This document shows, piece after piece, positions 1-13,758 of a stretch of DNA of 64,000 nt. The stretch is from Neocallimastix sp. 'constans'. Lineage: Eukaryota. Positions within the stretch are counted from its first letter, which is position 1, and each line of letters begins with the position of its first letter. A program made the translations under genes and the position numbers. Under the pieces are notes generated by a model. That model saw nothing but the letters and a program-made list of their open reading frames with translations, ran no database searches and had not been told where the DNA came from. Location of the stretch: positions 434,001-498,000 of the forward strand of contig JBODTK010000013.1 in assembly GCA_050613775.1 (NCBI GenBank), in the 5' to 3' direction.

Positions 1-1594
1 AAATAATTATGATGATATCTTTAATTTAAATGATAAAAATGAATGGTTAAAATCAGTCGATAATGAACTCGACAATATGAGAAATCTAAAAGTATATGAA
101 ACAATTGATAAAATACCTAAGAACGCAAACTTAATATCATCAAGATGGATTTTTAAATTCAAACGAAACTCAAATGGAGAAATAATCAAAAGAAAATCAA
201 GATTAGTAGCAAAGGGATTTACACAAGAATACGGCATAGATTATAAAGAAACCTTTGCACCTACCTTAAAACAGGATTCAATAAGAATCTTTACAGCGAT
301 TGCCACTCAGAACAATTTTGAAATAAACCAAATAGATATAACTGCCGCCTATTTAAATGCTGAATTAAATGAAGATTTGTATATGAAATCACCCAAAGGA
401 CATGAAGATTACAATAAGAAATTTTGGAAATTGAAGAAGGCAATATATGGATTGAAACAAAGTGGTGCCAAGTAGAATGATAAATTAAATGGCTATCTAA
501 TAAAAATTGGATATAAAAGACTTATAAGTGAACCTTATCTGTACGTTAAATTTAATAAAGGAAAACTTTTAAATATGTTAGGTATATATGTGGATGATAT
601 TTTAATATCAGGATCAAAGAAAACAATAGAAAGTGTAAAATTATTAATTGAGAAAAAGTTCAAAATGAAAGATATAGGTAATGTTGATTATATTATTGGA
701 ATAAAATTTATAGAACATAAAAATGGTTACTTTTTACATCAACACAGATATATAGATGAATTACTTTCTAAGTTTAATATGAAAAATTGTTCACCTCTTA
801 GAATTATGACTCCAATTGAAAATGAAGATCTTAGGAAGGTAAAAGTAGATGAAACAAAATATAGAAGCATAATAAGAAATTTATTATATCTCAGTATATG
901 TACAAGACCCGACATTATCTTCTCTGTATCAAAAGCAGCTAGAAGAGCAAAGGAACCAAATATGGAAGACTGGAATAACGTAATGAGAATATTAAGATAT
1001 TTAAAAGGAACTAAAAAATATGGAATAAATTTCAAAAATAATCCGAATATTAAAGCGTATGTCGATTCGGATTACGGAGGTGACTTGGAAACTAGTCGTT
1101 CAACAACAGGATTCTTAATAACATTTGGTGGTGCACCAACAAGCTGGTGTTCAAAGTTACAAAAATCAATATCGACTTCAACAGCCGAGTCCGAATATTA
1201 CAGTCTTAGTGAATGCGGTAAACAATGTATATGGTACTTAAATTTATTCGAAGAATTGCACTTAAATATTAAAAATATTGAATTAAATGTTGACAATAAA
1301 GAAGCTATTTATAACGCTACAAATCAAACTATCAACCCAAAAACTAAACATGTAGACATTAGGGTTCATTACGTAAGAGAAATAGTCAAAGAAAATAAAA
1401 TCTATCTTAAATATATAAAATCTGAAAACAATCTCACTGATGGGTTTACGAAGTATTTAAATGGGACATTAATGGATAAATTTAGAAATTCCTTATTAAC
1501 AAAAATTGATGATTTATATTTTATTTTAAATAATATAAATAAAAAATATGACATTTTAGGAAAGTCATATCTTAGGAGAAATGTTAGAATATAA
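1..1594 (+). pseudogene. Copia pol (reverse transcriptase + RNase H) with a premature stop
   Basis: ORFs 77-475 and 575-1594 are in the same frame, separated by TAG at 473-475 where paralogs have Trp (TGG). The frame runs past the usual LLTKI end into the LTR. Confidence 0.9.
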
Positions 1595-1821
1595 AAAAAA
1601 ATAAATACTTAATAATGACTTTAATATATTTTACCCAATCAAAATATTATTATATTTAAATAAAATTATAAAAGAAATAAAATGTAACCTTGTTAAAAAC
1701 AGATACACCTTTGTAATTATAAAAAATAAAGATAAATAAAATTAAATATTAAGTATTATATATAAAATGCTATTCTAAAAATATATCTAATTTTCTCAAT
1801 ATTTATTTTTGGTGTTTAATA
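1582..1821 (+). repeat. 3' LTR of copia A (~240 bp)
   Basis: Starts TGTTAGAAT directly after the PPT and aligns end to end with 2261-2502. Terminus reads AATA (inferred decayed AACA). Confidence 0.85.
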
Positions 1822-4800
1822 GTTATTCTATATAAGCTGGGAATAATATAATAAAAAATTCAATTATATAATAAATAATCAAAATAATGATTTTAATTAA
1901 AACGAAATGACAATAATATATTAAATATGAACAATCAATATTATAATCATTTTCACAACAATAAAAATTTTTTTAGATGCACAGAATATAAATAAATTAA
2001 TATCTTTATATTATTATTTGTAATATAAATTTATACAATACTTTGCAATAAATATTAATAAAAATAATTTATTCTTAATTAAAAAAAAAAAAACAATAGT
2101 AACATGATCACATTAATATAATTGAATAAAAGAAACAAAATGATATGTTTAGTAATAATACAAATTATACTAAATTCTCCCTCAATATTAAAAAAAAAAA
2201 GTATTTTAATATTTTTAAATTTTTATTAAATTTTATAAATACTAACCATTGAAAATCTATTGTTAAAATATAAAAAAATAAATACTTAATAATGACTTTA
2301 ATATAATTTACCCAATCAGAATATCATTATATTTAAATAAAATTATAAAAGAAATAAAATATAACCTTGTCAAAAATATACATTTTTATTATAATAATAA
2401 AAAAAAATAAAGATAAATAAAATTAAATATTAAGTATTATATATAAAATGCTACGCTAAAAATATATCTAATTTTTTCAATGTTTTATTTTGGTGTTCAA
2501 TATCTATATAAGTAGATTAATTATTAATTGTTACTGAAAATAGAGCCAATCAAAAAATTAATTACAATTTATATTATTTAATTTAATAAAACTAAATCTA
2601 ACTAAAGAAGTAAAAAATATAAAATATATAAAAGACAAACTATAGAAAAGAAATAAAAAAATAAATTAAAAAAATAATAAAATATATATACTTTTAATAA
2701 AAAACAAAAAGATAATAACAATCAGAAAATAATCTTTCTTCTAAAGGAATCTCTTTTAATTACTCCGAGAATTTCAATCATATTACCAAATTAATTGTTT
2801 AAAACTTCCAAGATTGGAAAACTAACATTTTAGATCTCCTAATTATAAATAATCTAGAAGAGTACGTTAGTTTACCAAAAATAAAAAAATTGAGAAAGAA
2901 GGATATTAAAGAAGATATAAATAAGTATATTAAAGACAAATTTAGTAATTCTCTTGTTTATGATATTGGGACAACTCAAGCAGATATCAAGAATGACATC
3001 ATGGTTAAATGGATAATTAATAATAGCTTGGGAAAGAAAACAAAAGAAATAATAAAAAGCTATAGTAAGACCACCTTCGAAATGTGGAAATTTCTTCAAG
3101 ATTCCTTCACTTTAGGAGAAGAACATCAAAAAATAATATTACGAAATAAATTAAATAGATTAAAATTTACCACAGACTGTGATATACATATCTTCTTTGC
3201 AACACTCCAAAATATGATCGATGAATTGGAAATTATCGATACAGACATGAATGATAGCTTAAAAGTAGGAATTCTGAATAGAGCTTTACCCGAAAATCTA
3301 AGGTAGATTAATGTTTTCCAATTCAATAATGAATGGATAAAATGTTGCAACTACATAAAAAGAATAATAACAGATATTCTTTTCTCAAATATCAAAGAAA
3401 GAAAACTTCAAGATGAAAACGCAAAAAATATTTTTAATTTACAAATTGAAAAAAAATAAACAAAATAATAAGTATTTAAATATAAGACGAAGAAAAAATG
3501 GAAAATGTTTCCTATGTGGAAATACGGTCACTACAAAAAGGAATGTTATATATATAAAAGATATAAGCTTTTGAAACAAAACAATGAAAATAAATTAATT
3601 AAAATTCAAAGAAAATTGAACAAAAAATATAATAAAGATAAAACTAATAACATGCATTTATACTCGATAAATAATTGCAACAACTATAAAGACAATTACT
3701 TAGAACATTTTTCTTAAGATTATAACTTTAATAATGCAATCGAAATTAATTATTTAGAAACATTAAATAATAAAAATAACAAAAATGGCAATACATATAA
3801 TAATAATTTTATAGTTATGATTTTAGATTCAGGTGCATCAATCAACACCATTAATGACATCAGATTCCTTACTAACATTAAAAAATGTAAATCAAAAATT
3901 CTACTAGCGGATGGAAATGAAGTATTATCTGAGTTTTGTGGCGATTTTGTAGGAATCGTTAACAATAATAAATTTATTTTAAAAGATGTTTATTATTCAA
4001 GATATATTAAGAGAAACTTAATTTCAATCAACCAATTAATATCTCAAAATTATAAAGTATTCAATAATCATGACAATTCCCTACAAGCATTAATTTACCA
4101 TAATAAAGAAAATAGAATTTATAAATGTTTATCTAATGATAAAAATACATATCAAATTTTCACTTCCAAACACCAAATAATTCTAAATTCAACAAAAAGT
4201 AACGAAATCAATTATACACATTCAAATAATCAACAAGTAATAGACCTTTGGCATAGACGCCTAGGTCATTATGATATTTCTAAAATCAAAAATAAGTTAA
4301 GTAATATCAATCTCAAACTAAAATGCCCAGTATGTATTAATTTTAAATTAAAAAATAAGTCATTTAAATCATCTATCAATAAGACTAAACAAATTTTAGA
4401 ATTAATACATTTAGATTTTGTGGGACCTGTCACTCCTTCGATAAATAACAATAAATATTTCCTTATAATTTTAGATGACTACTCTAGATATGGATGGGTC
4501 ATTTTCACCGAAAATAAAAATGATATCTTTAATAAATTTATTATTTGGTATAATAAAATTTATAATTCATTAAATATAAATATCAAAGCAATTCGGTCTG
4601 ATAATGGGAAGGAATTCCAAAATAGTAAATTTCAACTCTTCTGTGAAGAAAATGGAATCAATCACCAGTTTTTAGTACCTTATAACCCTTCTCAAAATGG
4701 AAGGTCCGAAGGATTTAATGGTATACTCATTGCTTTTTCAAAATCACTTCTTAACGACGCTAAACTCAATCATAATTTTTGGGAATTTGCTGTAGATACT

Positions 4801-6916
4801 GCAAACTATATTCATAATCGACTTCCCCATCAAAGCATTCAAAACAAAATTCATTTGAAGTATTTTATAATAAGCCTGTAGTTTACATTACATTTAGAGT
4901 ATTCAGATGTAGAGTCTATCTCTTTGTGCCAAAGGAACTAAGATCAAAATTTGACAATAATTCACATCCTTGTATTTTTCTTGAATATTGCGATCATACT
5001 TCCACTTACAAAATTCTTGATGTTATCAATAACAAAATCATCTAATCTCGCACTGTAGAATTTATGGAAAACGAACCAGGAAATTCCTTTTTAAATCGTA
5101 TTCATTCCAATAACAAATTCAGGGAGAGCAATTGTCTAAACTGACTTAGATACAGTAATGAAATTAATGATTATAATAATAAAATAACTGACATTATCAA
5201 TGAAAGAAATGTTAAAACAAATACTAACCAGAATAAAAAAATTAAACATCAATCCAAAAACAAATCTTCTAAAACAAATAGAATTAGTCATAAATATTAT
5301 CCCAATTATCAAAATAATTACTAAAATATTATTATTAATAATAGTATTAAAAATAATAATAATAAAAATAGCAACAATACTACTGACATTAATACATTCA
5401 ATAATAGCAACAACAATATTTTCAATCAAAAATCATTAAATTCAAATGATTACAATTTCAATAAAAATTAAATCAATATTAATAATGAAATTAAAAATAA
5501 AACTGAAAATGATAACAATAAAATATCAACAGAAAACCAAAAAGAAATTAACAGAATCAATAATATATATAACACAAATAAACAAAAAAATACAAACTAC
5601 CAAAATCATGAAAATTTAAAAAGGAATTTAAATAATTTTACAATTAATTCAAATAATAGTAAAAAAATAAACAATATTGATGAATCAGAAATGAAAATTA
5701 ATGAAAATACAATAATTGAACCATATAACTTCAAGGATATATTCAAATTTAAAGATAAAATGGAATGGCTAAACGTAATCAAGAAAGAATTAGAAATCAT
5801 GAAAAATCTTAATGTTTATAAAATTGTTAAAACAGTACCATCAGGATCCAACATTATATCATCATGTTGGGTATTTAAATATAAAAGGGATGCAAGCGAA
5901 AATGTTATTAAAAGAAAAGCAAGGTTAGTTGCCAAAGGATTCAATAGAATAAAAAGCGAGTCATGTGTTTATATAAAATTAAACAAAGAGAAGGAAATAG
6001 TTTGTATTCTCTTAGTATACATCGATGACATTCTCATTACAGGAACAAATCAAGAAATAGATAAAGTAAAACAATCTATAAAAAGGAAGTTCAATATAAA
6101 GGATATTGGTGATATTGAATTTGTAATTGGAAAAAATTTACCAAAACTTTAAATGGTTACATTTTACATCAAGGTAGATACATAAATGACATATTAAATA
6201 AATTTAATATTAACAACTTAACACCATTAAAAAATCTTATGCCATTAGTAAATCCAAATCTAAGAACCAAAAAATTCAATGAAACAAAATACCGAAGTGC
6301 AATAGGAAGTTTACTATATTTAGCTATCTGTACCCGTCCTGATATTCTTTTTGCTGTTAGCAGAGCTTCAAGAAAATCAACAGATCCCAACTTAGAAGAT
6401 TGGATGAATGTTTTAAAAATTTTTAGATATCTCAAATATACAAAAAATAATGGAATCAAAAGAGAAAAGGGAATGAAATTAAAAATATATGTCAATGCCG
6501 ATTTTACTGGCGATCTAAAAACAAGAAAATCAACTTCTGGATTCCTTATGTTAATGGGGGACACTCCAACAAGTTGGTATTCCAAATTATAGCATTGTGT
6601 CTCCACTTCAACTACAGAAGATGAATATTACAGTTTAAGTGAATGTGCAAAACATTCATTGTGGTACAAAAATTTATTAAACGAATTAAATATAGATATA
6701 AAAGAAATAACAATTTTCGTAGACAATATAGCAACAATATATAATAGTGAAAATCAATCAATAAATCCGAAATCAAAACACATTGACATTAGGTATCATC
6801 ATATTAGGTACTTGGTAAATAAAAAAAATCATAAATTTGAAATATATAAAATCAAAGGACAACCTGGCTGATGGCTTTACAAAACATTTGAATAATACTT
6901 TAATGGACAAATTTAG
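1822..6916 (+). mobile_element. Degenerate Ty1/copia element B (same family as D): leader + gag-pol pseudogene, 3'-truncated, no LTRs in view
   Basis: Colinear with D 15709-20917. Zinc knuckle, ILDSGAS protease, WHRRLGH/CxxC and SDNG integrase, YIDD RT, RNase H. Multiple stops and frameshifts, gag ATG deleted, ~295-bp deletion in RT. Confidence 0.92.
2261..2502 (+). mobile_element. Solo LTR of the copia A family inserted in the leader of copia B
   Basis: Homologous to 1582-1821 and flanked by the 5-bp TSD TCTAT (2256-2260, 2503-2507). The empty site AATCTATATAAATAGATT is present in element D near 16130. Confidence 0.9.
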
Positions 6917-7380
6917 GTTCTTATAATCATTATCTTGCTTGTCATCAAGGTGAAAATGATTCCTTAGTAATAATGTGTATAGCTGGTTCCCATTATGGTG
7001 CAAGAGATGAATATCCAAAAAAAGGAGAAAATTGGTCAAAACTTTATGGACCATATTTAATTTATTTGAATAAGGCAAAGACTCCATAAGCTTCATGGTG
7101 AGATGCTAAAGCAGTAGTCAAAGTTGAAAAAGATAAATGACTCTATTTATTTCAGATATAAATTTTGAAAAAGAGTTCAATATTATATTGTAGGATTATA
7201 AATTATAAAGTAGATAGCCAATATTATGTTTTGTTTGGTTACGGCTATACACACTAGAAATAAATCAATAGTCATATTTAATCATCATCATAGTTTATCA
7301 ATATTAGAAAATTTCTTTACTGAAGCTTTTGTTGAATTGGTCCCCTCTCATCGTTTCGTATACTAATTTAACATTAACTA
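6917..7380 (-). pseudogene. Decayed coding-like relic, possibly a retrotransposon gag fragment
   Basis: GC higher than the flanks; an interrupted frame reads STLTTALASHHEAYGVFALFK*IKYGP*SFDQFL. Family assignment is only an impression. Confidence 0.25.
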
Positions 7381-8605
7381 TTTAATTTAGATCTATAATA
7401 AAATACTGAAACTTTTACAATAATTGTGAAATTGGATTCATTATTATCATGAAATGTTATTTCTATTGTTTGAATCAATATTTTGAATATTTAAATTGAA
7501 AATATTTTTTTAATTTAATTAATTAGTTTAGTTTGCCTAGTTTAGTTTTAAATAGTTACATATTAATTTAGGAATAATCTGAAATAGTTAATATTAATAA
7601 AAATAGTTTTTCAATATTAAATATATAATTAAAATTATTATAAGTATTAAAATAGTAAATAAAATAAATAGTATAATAAATTAATTTTGGTTTTAGTAAA
7701 TTAATAAATAATAATTTATTAATTAAAAATCTTTTTTTATAAATAAATAGCTTTATATATATTATTAAATAACATCATGCATTAATAATGTAACAAGAAA
7801 AAAAATAAATACATGTAATTTTTCTCTTTTAAATAGATGTATTAGTTATTAACTATTTTCAGTTAATAACATAAAAGAAATTTATATTTAATACAAGAAT
7901 TTATTAATAAAAGAATTTATTTATTTTTATTTGTTTAAATTGTGTAGTGTTTTTTATTGTTATAATCTGTTTTAATTGACAGATTGATTACAGTGATGAT
8001 AATGGTACTTATGATAAAATATATAATGATTTAAATTATTTTAATTTTAAAGAAAAGGAAATAGAAAACTTTAAAATTCTTTTGGAGTATTATGCAGAAC
8101 TTAAAATTAAATTAGATAATAAAAACACTATATTAGTAGAATTATTGGAAAGAAATTTACGAATAATATATAAAGTTATTTTTTGATTTTTTAATTAAAG
8201 AAAATAAAAAAGCAAGAAAGAGAAAATGAAATGTTTATTAATAATTTTTATTATAAGTATATATATATTTTTTCTAAGAGATATTTTACATTAAATTTAT
8301 TTCATATTTTTATATCTTAGTTAACATTATTTAATTTACTTAGAGATTAATTATTAGTTGATATAAATTAATAATATAAATAAATGTATGTAACGATTTC
8401 GTCTCTAACACTATATTTCATTTTATATTAACCAATCAATTAGTTTAATAAATAATATTCATGTATAAAAGCTTTCTAAATAAATATGTTTTTCTTTAGT
8501 TCTATTTTTATAAAAAAAAAATATATATATTAATAAATAATATAATATCTAAAATATAAATAAATTAAACTATTATTTAATTATATAAACATTATTGTGT
8601 CTAAA

Positions 8606-11374
8606 GATTAAGAGTCTCAATCTACTAATTGAGTTTGAATTAAAATAAAGTTAAGTTATATTATAAATTAAATTTTTCTATTTTTACCTTTCAATAAAAC
8701 CAAAGAACTAATAAATTATTATTTTTATTATTTATTGTATTTTATTTATTACCGAATCAAATCCGTAAGAAATAAAGATATTTTTTTAATCAACAATAAA
8801 TAAAATTATAGTTAAATTGTCAAATAATAAAAAATAAAATTAATATCATCAAGATGAAAAATTTATTGTCAACTGATGATATTAATATTAAAATAAAATA
8901 AACATAGTATCATCAAGATGAAAATTAAATAGTCAACTGATGGTATTTAGATAAATTTGAAACTAAAATATTATTAATATAAAAAAATATAAATAAATTA
9001 AAATAATAATAAAAAAATTAATTATACGTATTAAATAAAATTTTGAATAAATCACATTATATAATATATCAAATATATTAAAATGAAATTATAAAATTAA
9101 TCAATGAATAAAAAAATTAAAAAATCGAATCAAATAATAATCACCTTTTATTTAATCAAAATTAATAGTAAATTAAATAATATAAATGCCTTATTTATTA
9201 AAGTTTGGTATTACAACACTAAATTAGATAAAAATAGTAACAAATTAGTGAAATCAAATTTAAATAAAAATTAAAATGAGAATTTTTTTAATATAACAAA
9301 TTAATTCTAATAAATTAATAAAAATTAACAGAATTAAATATTATAATATTTTTTTTAAAACTACAAAATATTTTTATTAATAAAGATATTAAAAAATAGT
9401 TATAATTAATTTAAAACAATAATAAAAATTTAAGATTTCAAAAGTACTCGAAATGGCTGGAAGAAGAAGAAACCAAGAACAAGTTATCAACCTCACCTAA
9501 AAAGATATTACACATAATGGAATAACCTTTAATTATTCCGAAAATTTCAATCAAATTACTGAACTAAATACAGAAAGCTACCCTGGTTGGAGAAGAAAAA
9601 TTCTGTATTTGCTAACAATAAATAAATTAACCAAATATGTTCTTCATCCAATTGTAAAGAAGTTAAGAAAGAGAGAAATAAAAGAAGAATTAACAGATTA
9701 CCCGGAGGATCAATTTGATAGTTCGTTAGTTTATGAAAAGAACACTATAAACATTGATATAACTAACGACATCACGGCCAAATGGATTATCATAAATGGG
9801 CTTGGAGAACAAACACAAAAACTAATAAATGGAAATGAAAAGACCGCTTTTCAAATTTGGAACATCTTCTAAGAATCGTTTACCAAAAGCAAGGAAAGAA
9901 GAAAAATCGAAATTCAAAATAAAATTGAAACAATGAAGTTTGATACCAAGACCGATATAAATATATTCATTGCCAATTTGCAAAATTTAATAGACGAACT
10001 TGAGAAAAATGACAATGACCTTAGTATAAATACAAAAATCGGCATTCTAAATAGAAGCTTACCCGAAGATCTAAAGTGGATAAACGTCTTTCAACATAAG
10101 AGTTGGGAATCATGCTGCTCATACGTTAAGGAAATCATACCTAATATCGTTTTATCTAATTTAAAAGAAAAAAATTCCATTCAGGAAAACAAGAATAATG
10201 TTCTCTTCAATGCTGAAACAAAAAAGAGTAAGAATTATCGAAACAAAAATAGAACTAAAGGTAAAAGGAAAAGCCTCAAAAAGAGTAGTGGAAGATGCAA
10301 CTATTGTGGAAGAAGAGGACATTACTTCTATGAATGTAAATTCAGAAAAAATAATTTATATAAAAATCAAAACAAAAATAAATTCAATAAAAGAATTAAA
10401 ACAAAAAAAAATTTCAAAACGATATTAATTATGTGAACACTAATGATGCCTCTTCAAGTAATTATGACACAATATACGCAGATGCCTTTACTAAAGATTA
10501 TAATACAGAAAATAATATTGAATTAAATTACTGTAACGTTGAAAAAGAATTTTTAAATGAAGATAGTGACAAAAACTTTCTTTCATGTTGGATTTTGGAC
10601 TCCGGTGCTTCAATCAATATCACAAGCAATCTTAATCTTCTAATAGACATAAAAAAATGTAATGAAGAAATTAATCTAGCTAATGGACAAATAATTAAAG
10701 CAGTCCATAAAGGAAAATTTAAAGGGTATGTAAACAACAATGAAATAATACTTAATGAGGTATACTACTCTCCGGCCATCAATAAAAATTTAATATCAAT
10801 TTGCAAATTACTAAAAGAAAATTACAAAATTATTTTTAATAATTCAAATAATAAATCATATACAATCATTTACGATAGTAACGATAAAAGAATAATTAAC
10901 ATCACTGCAACCAAGACTAATACATTTAAAATTTGGTTTTCCAATAATAAAATAAATCTCAATAATAATAACAATCAACATAATAATTTAGAAATAAATT
11001 TCACTACACCAAATGCAGCAAAGAGATTAAATTTATGGCATAGAAGATTATGTCATTTTGATATTAGTCATATTAAAAACAAATTATTAAAACTTAATAC
11101 ACCAGTTAATCAATGCCCAATTTGTATGAATTCAAAACTTAAAAACAAACCATATAAGCAAGCAATAAATAAGTCGAAACATATATTTGAATTACTTCAT
11201 ATGGACTTGGTTGGTCCTCTTCCTGAATCACTTTATGGTAACAAATATCTTTTTACAACCCTCGATGACTATTCACGCTATGGATGGACTTTGTTTTTAA
11301 AATCTAAAAGTGACACCTTTAACTCATTTTACAATTGGTTTTTAAGTATTAAAAATAAGTATAATACTAGAATT
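8606..11374 (+). mobile_element. Ty1/copia element C: PBS, leader, gag-protease and N-terminal integrase; truncated within integrase
   Basis: PBS GATTAAGAGTCTCAATCT at 8606; ATG 9453; CNYCGRRGHYFYEC knuckle; WILDSGAS; WHRRLCH...CPIC; HMDLVGP. Stops at 9498 and 9870 and a frameshift near 10430. Start of the 5' LTR could not be defined. Confidence 0.88.
8839..8947 (+). repeat. Two tandem hairpin repeats in the leader of copia C
   Basis: TATCATCAAGATGAAAA(N)GTCAACTGATG occurs twice. The first copy has a 13-bp perfect stem (ATTAATATCATCA/TGATGATATTAAT). Confidence 0.75.
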
Positions 11375-11545
11375 ATATATATTAAGTATGTATAATCGTA
11401 TATATATCAACGTTTTTATTGTTAAAGAAAAAAAAAAGTTTAGAATTATAACTTAAGCACGTTTTATAGTATTTCGAGTATTTATGTATTTGTAAAATAT
11501 CGGATAATCATATATTAAATTTTATATTAAAATATATTTTTAACA
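11375..11545 (-). repeat. Partial LTR of the copia E family
   Basis: Aligns with ~49100-49274 (TTAAGCACGTTTTATAGTATTTCGAGTA...ATATTTTTAACA). Confidence 0.88.
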
Positions 11546-11929
11546 TTTTTAAATTGAAAATAAATCATTTTACTTATAATATTAAAATAATAAATAAATA
11601 ATAAATGTACTTAATTTAAATTACTTAGTATTTAGTTTAATTAATAATTATATTTTTCTAAATTTAGCTATAATTTATAAATTTATTATTTAATAAAATT
11701 CATTAGGATAGTTTTATATTAAAATATATGTAAATTAAATAAAATAATATATTATCAATGTATTTAAGAAAAGTATAAATAGAAGATATTTTTCACATTT
11801 TTTTTCGATGTAATTGTTATTAACTATTAATAAATGTATAACATTAAGAAAAAATATTTTTAATAAAAAATTTTTAATAAAATAAATTATTATTGTGTTG
11901 TTATTGTAATCTATTTTGGTGTTTCTTTT

Positions 11930-13758
11930 ACAATTAAAGCCTTACCACGAACTCCATCTACTATTGCATCAACCATAGCAATATAATTTTCTTGTGGTTC
12001 ATGATGTTTATTTTTATATGTATGATCTATATTGTTTGTTATTATAGTAGTAGCACCCATTTTATCCACTGCACCTGAAATTTTAGTATTATTCTTTTCT
12101 AATTTAAGTCCTTGAGATACTTGAAACCGTATCTTTGGAGCAACGTCCAATAATTGTCCAAATGTAATATTGCAATTACTGGAGTTTAAATCTTTTATCA
12201 CATCATAACTATCACAATCAGTTTTCATTTGTATTCTTCTTGGAATTCTAGTTGGCATAATTTCAGTTGACTTTTCTGATGATTTTCTTGAATTAATTTA
12301 TTTAAAGTTCGTTTAGAATTATTTACCTCCTGAGAAGTTTCTTCATTAATAATATTTACATTACTATTTTTATTATTTTCCACAGAAGTACTAGTACTAG
12401 TTCTTTTCTTATCTCTTAACTCTTTCTCAATTCTCTTTTCTTTCTCTATTCTGGGTTGAGCCATAATCGAAAGATGTAATTGAGCTGTTGGATTTTTGAC
12501 TGGTCGCGATGTTCCCCTTAATTGATTTTCTTTTTGTTTTCTTAAACCTGGAATAACTATTGGCTTAGGATCATCTCTTAGACTACGGTGAACTCTCTTT
12601 TCTCTTTGGTCTCTAGTCTCTTCATCTTTATGATTTGCCTTTCTCTTTATAACATTTACTAAGTAATCTAATTCTTTGAAACCATCCGACTCATTATCAA
12701 AATCTTCATAATAATCCATAGTTGTACCTTCTTGAAAATAAGCAATTTCTTCATAGTCATCATCTTCTTTTAAATCAACTGTTATAGGACGATGGAAGAC
12801 TGAAGCATTTTTTTTGATGATGGGAGTGCTTCTACTCCCTTTTAGTGGTTTAAATGATTTTCATAAAACTTCTTGCGGTTATTTTCCAATATAGAATTTA
12901 ATTTAGGACAGTTTCGTTTAGTATGTTCTTCATTGCTTCAAAACCAGCAAGTACTAATTTTCATTTCTTTCATCTTGTTAGTGAGATTTTATATAGATAC
13001 ATTTTTGTGGGTTTTTGGTTTGTTAAAATCATTTGAAATGCTCTACTTAAAATTACTTTTAGAGTTAAGGAGATTGTAACGAGTCTTATCATAATATTCA
13101 TTACTATTTTTAATAGATAAACGATCAACTTTTTCAGCTATAGAGAATGCTTTGGTAATAGAAATATGGTCTTTAAGCATAACCTTTCTCCATGCGTCAG
13201 GATTATTGGTTAAGGAATCTGCATAATCTAAAACATTAATATTTCTTCTTCTCTTTTATCCAATTTATGGTACAAAGATCTATAACAGACATTAAAATCT
13301 TTAACTTTCTCGTTCTTCTTTATTCTCATAGAACGCAATTCTCGTAACAAATTGGTTTGATCTTCTTTAAGTCCATAAAAAGTCTTCAGATGATTTATTA
13401 TTTCATCAAGGCTTGGGTAGGTGCTAGTCGATTCACTTTCTTCATCATCTTCTCATTCACTATCACTATCGAAATCAGAATCTTAATCTTCAGTAAGGTC
13501 ATTTCCATCTTCTAGTTTTTGGATAATCTCTCTAGGTTCTCCAGAAGTCGTTAATATACAAGCAGTAAAACTAGTTTCAGGATCCTTGATATGTTAGTAT
13601 TTTGTTCATGCCTTTAACTCATTTGCCCAGGAATTAATGTCAAGATTTTATTTAGTAAGCTTTTCAAAATCTTTTAATTCTTTCTTAAATTCTCTGAAGC
13701 TGAGCTTATTTTCTGGAGTACTCTCTGTTGGAGTACTGGAAGTATTGGATGTTCCCAT
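11930..13758 (-). pseudogene. Ty3/gypsy-like gag and start of aspartic protease, decayed and truncated
   Basis: ATG at 13758; degenerate knuckle CWF*SNEEHTKRNCP (~12905-12950); ITFGQLLDVAPKIR; AIVDGVRGKALI truncated just before the expected DTG/DSG; many stops. Confidence 0.7.

Larger units (their letters stand above)
1..1821 (+). mobile_element. Ty1/copia LTR retrotransposon A, 3' part (RT-RNase H, PPT, 3' LTR); 5' part lies outside the window
   Basis: RT motifs SRWIFKFK/KSRLVAKG/YVDD and RNase H motifs DSDYGGD, STAESEY, KHVDIRVH. Purine tract AGGAGAAA at 1574-1581 followed by the TG-starting LTR at 1582. Confidence 0.93.

Noticed and set aside
9498..9500. Programmed readthrough at an early ACC-TAA in gag of both C and E
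   Set aside because: The stops fall at non-homologous codons and D has none there; ordinary nonsense mutations are more likely.
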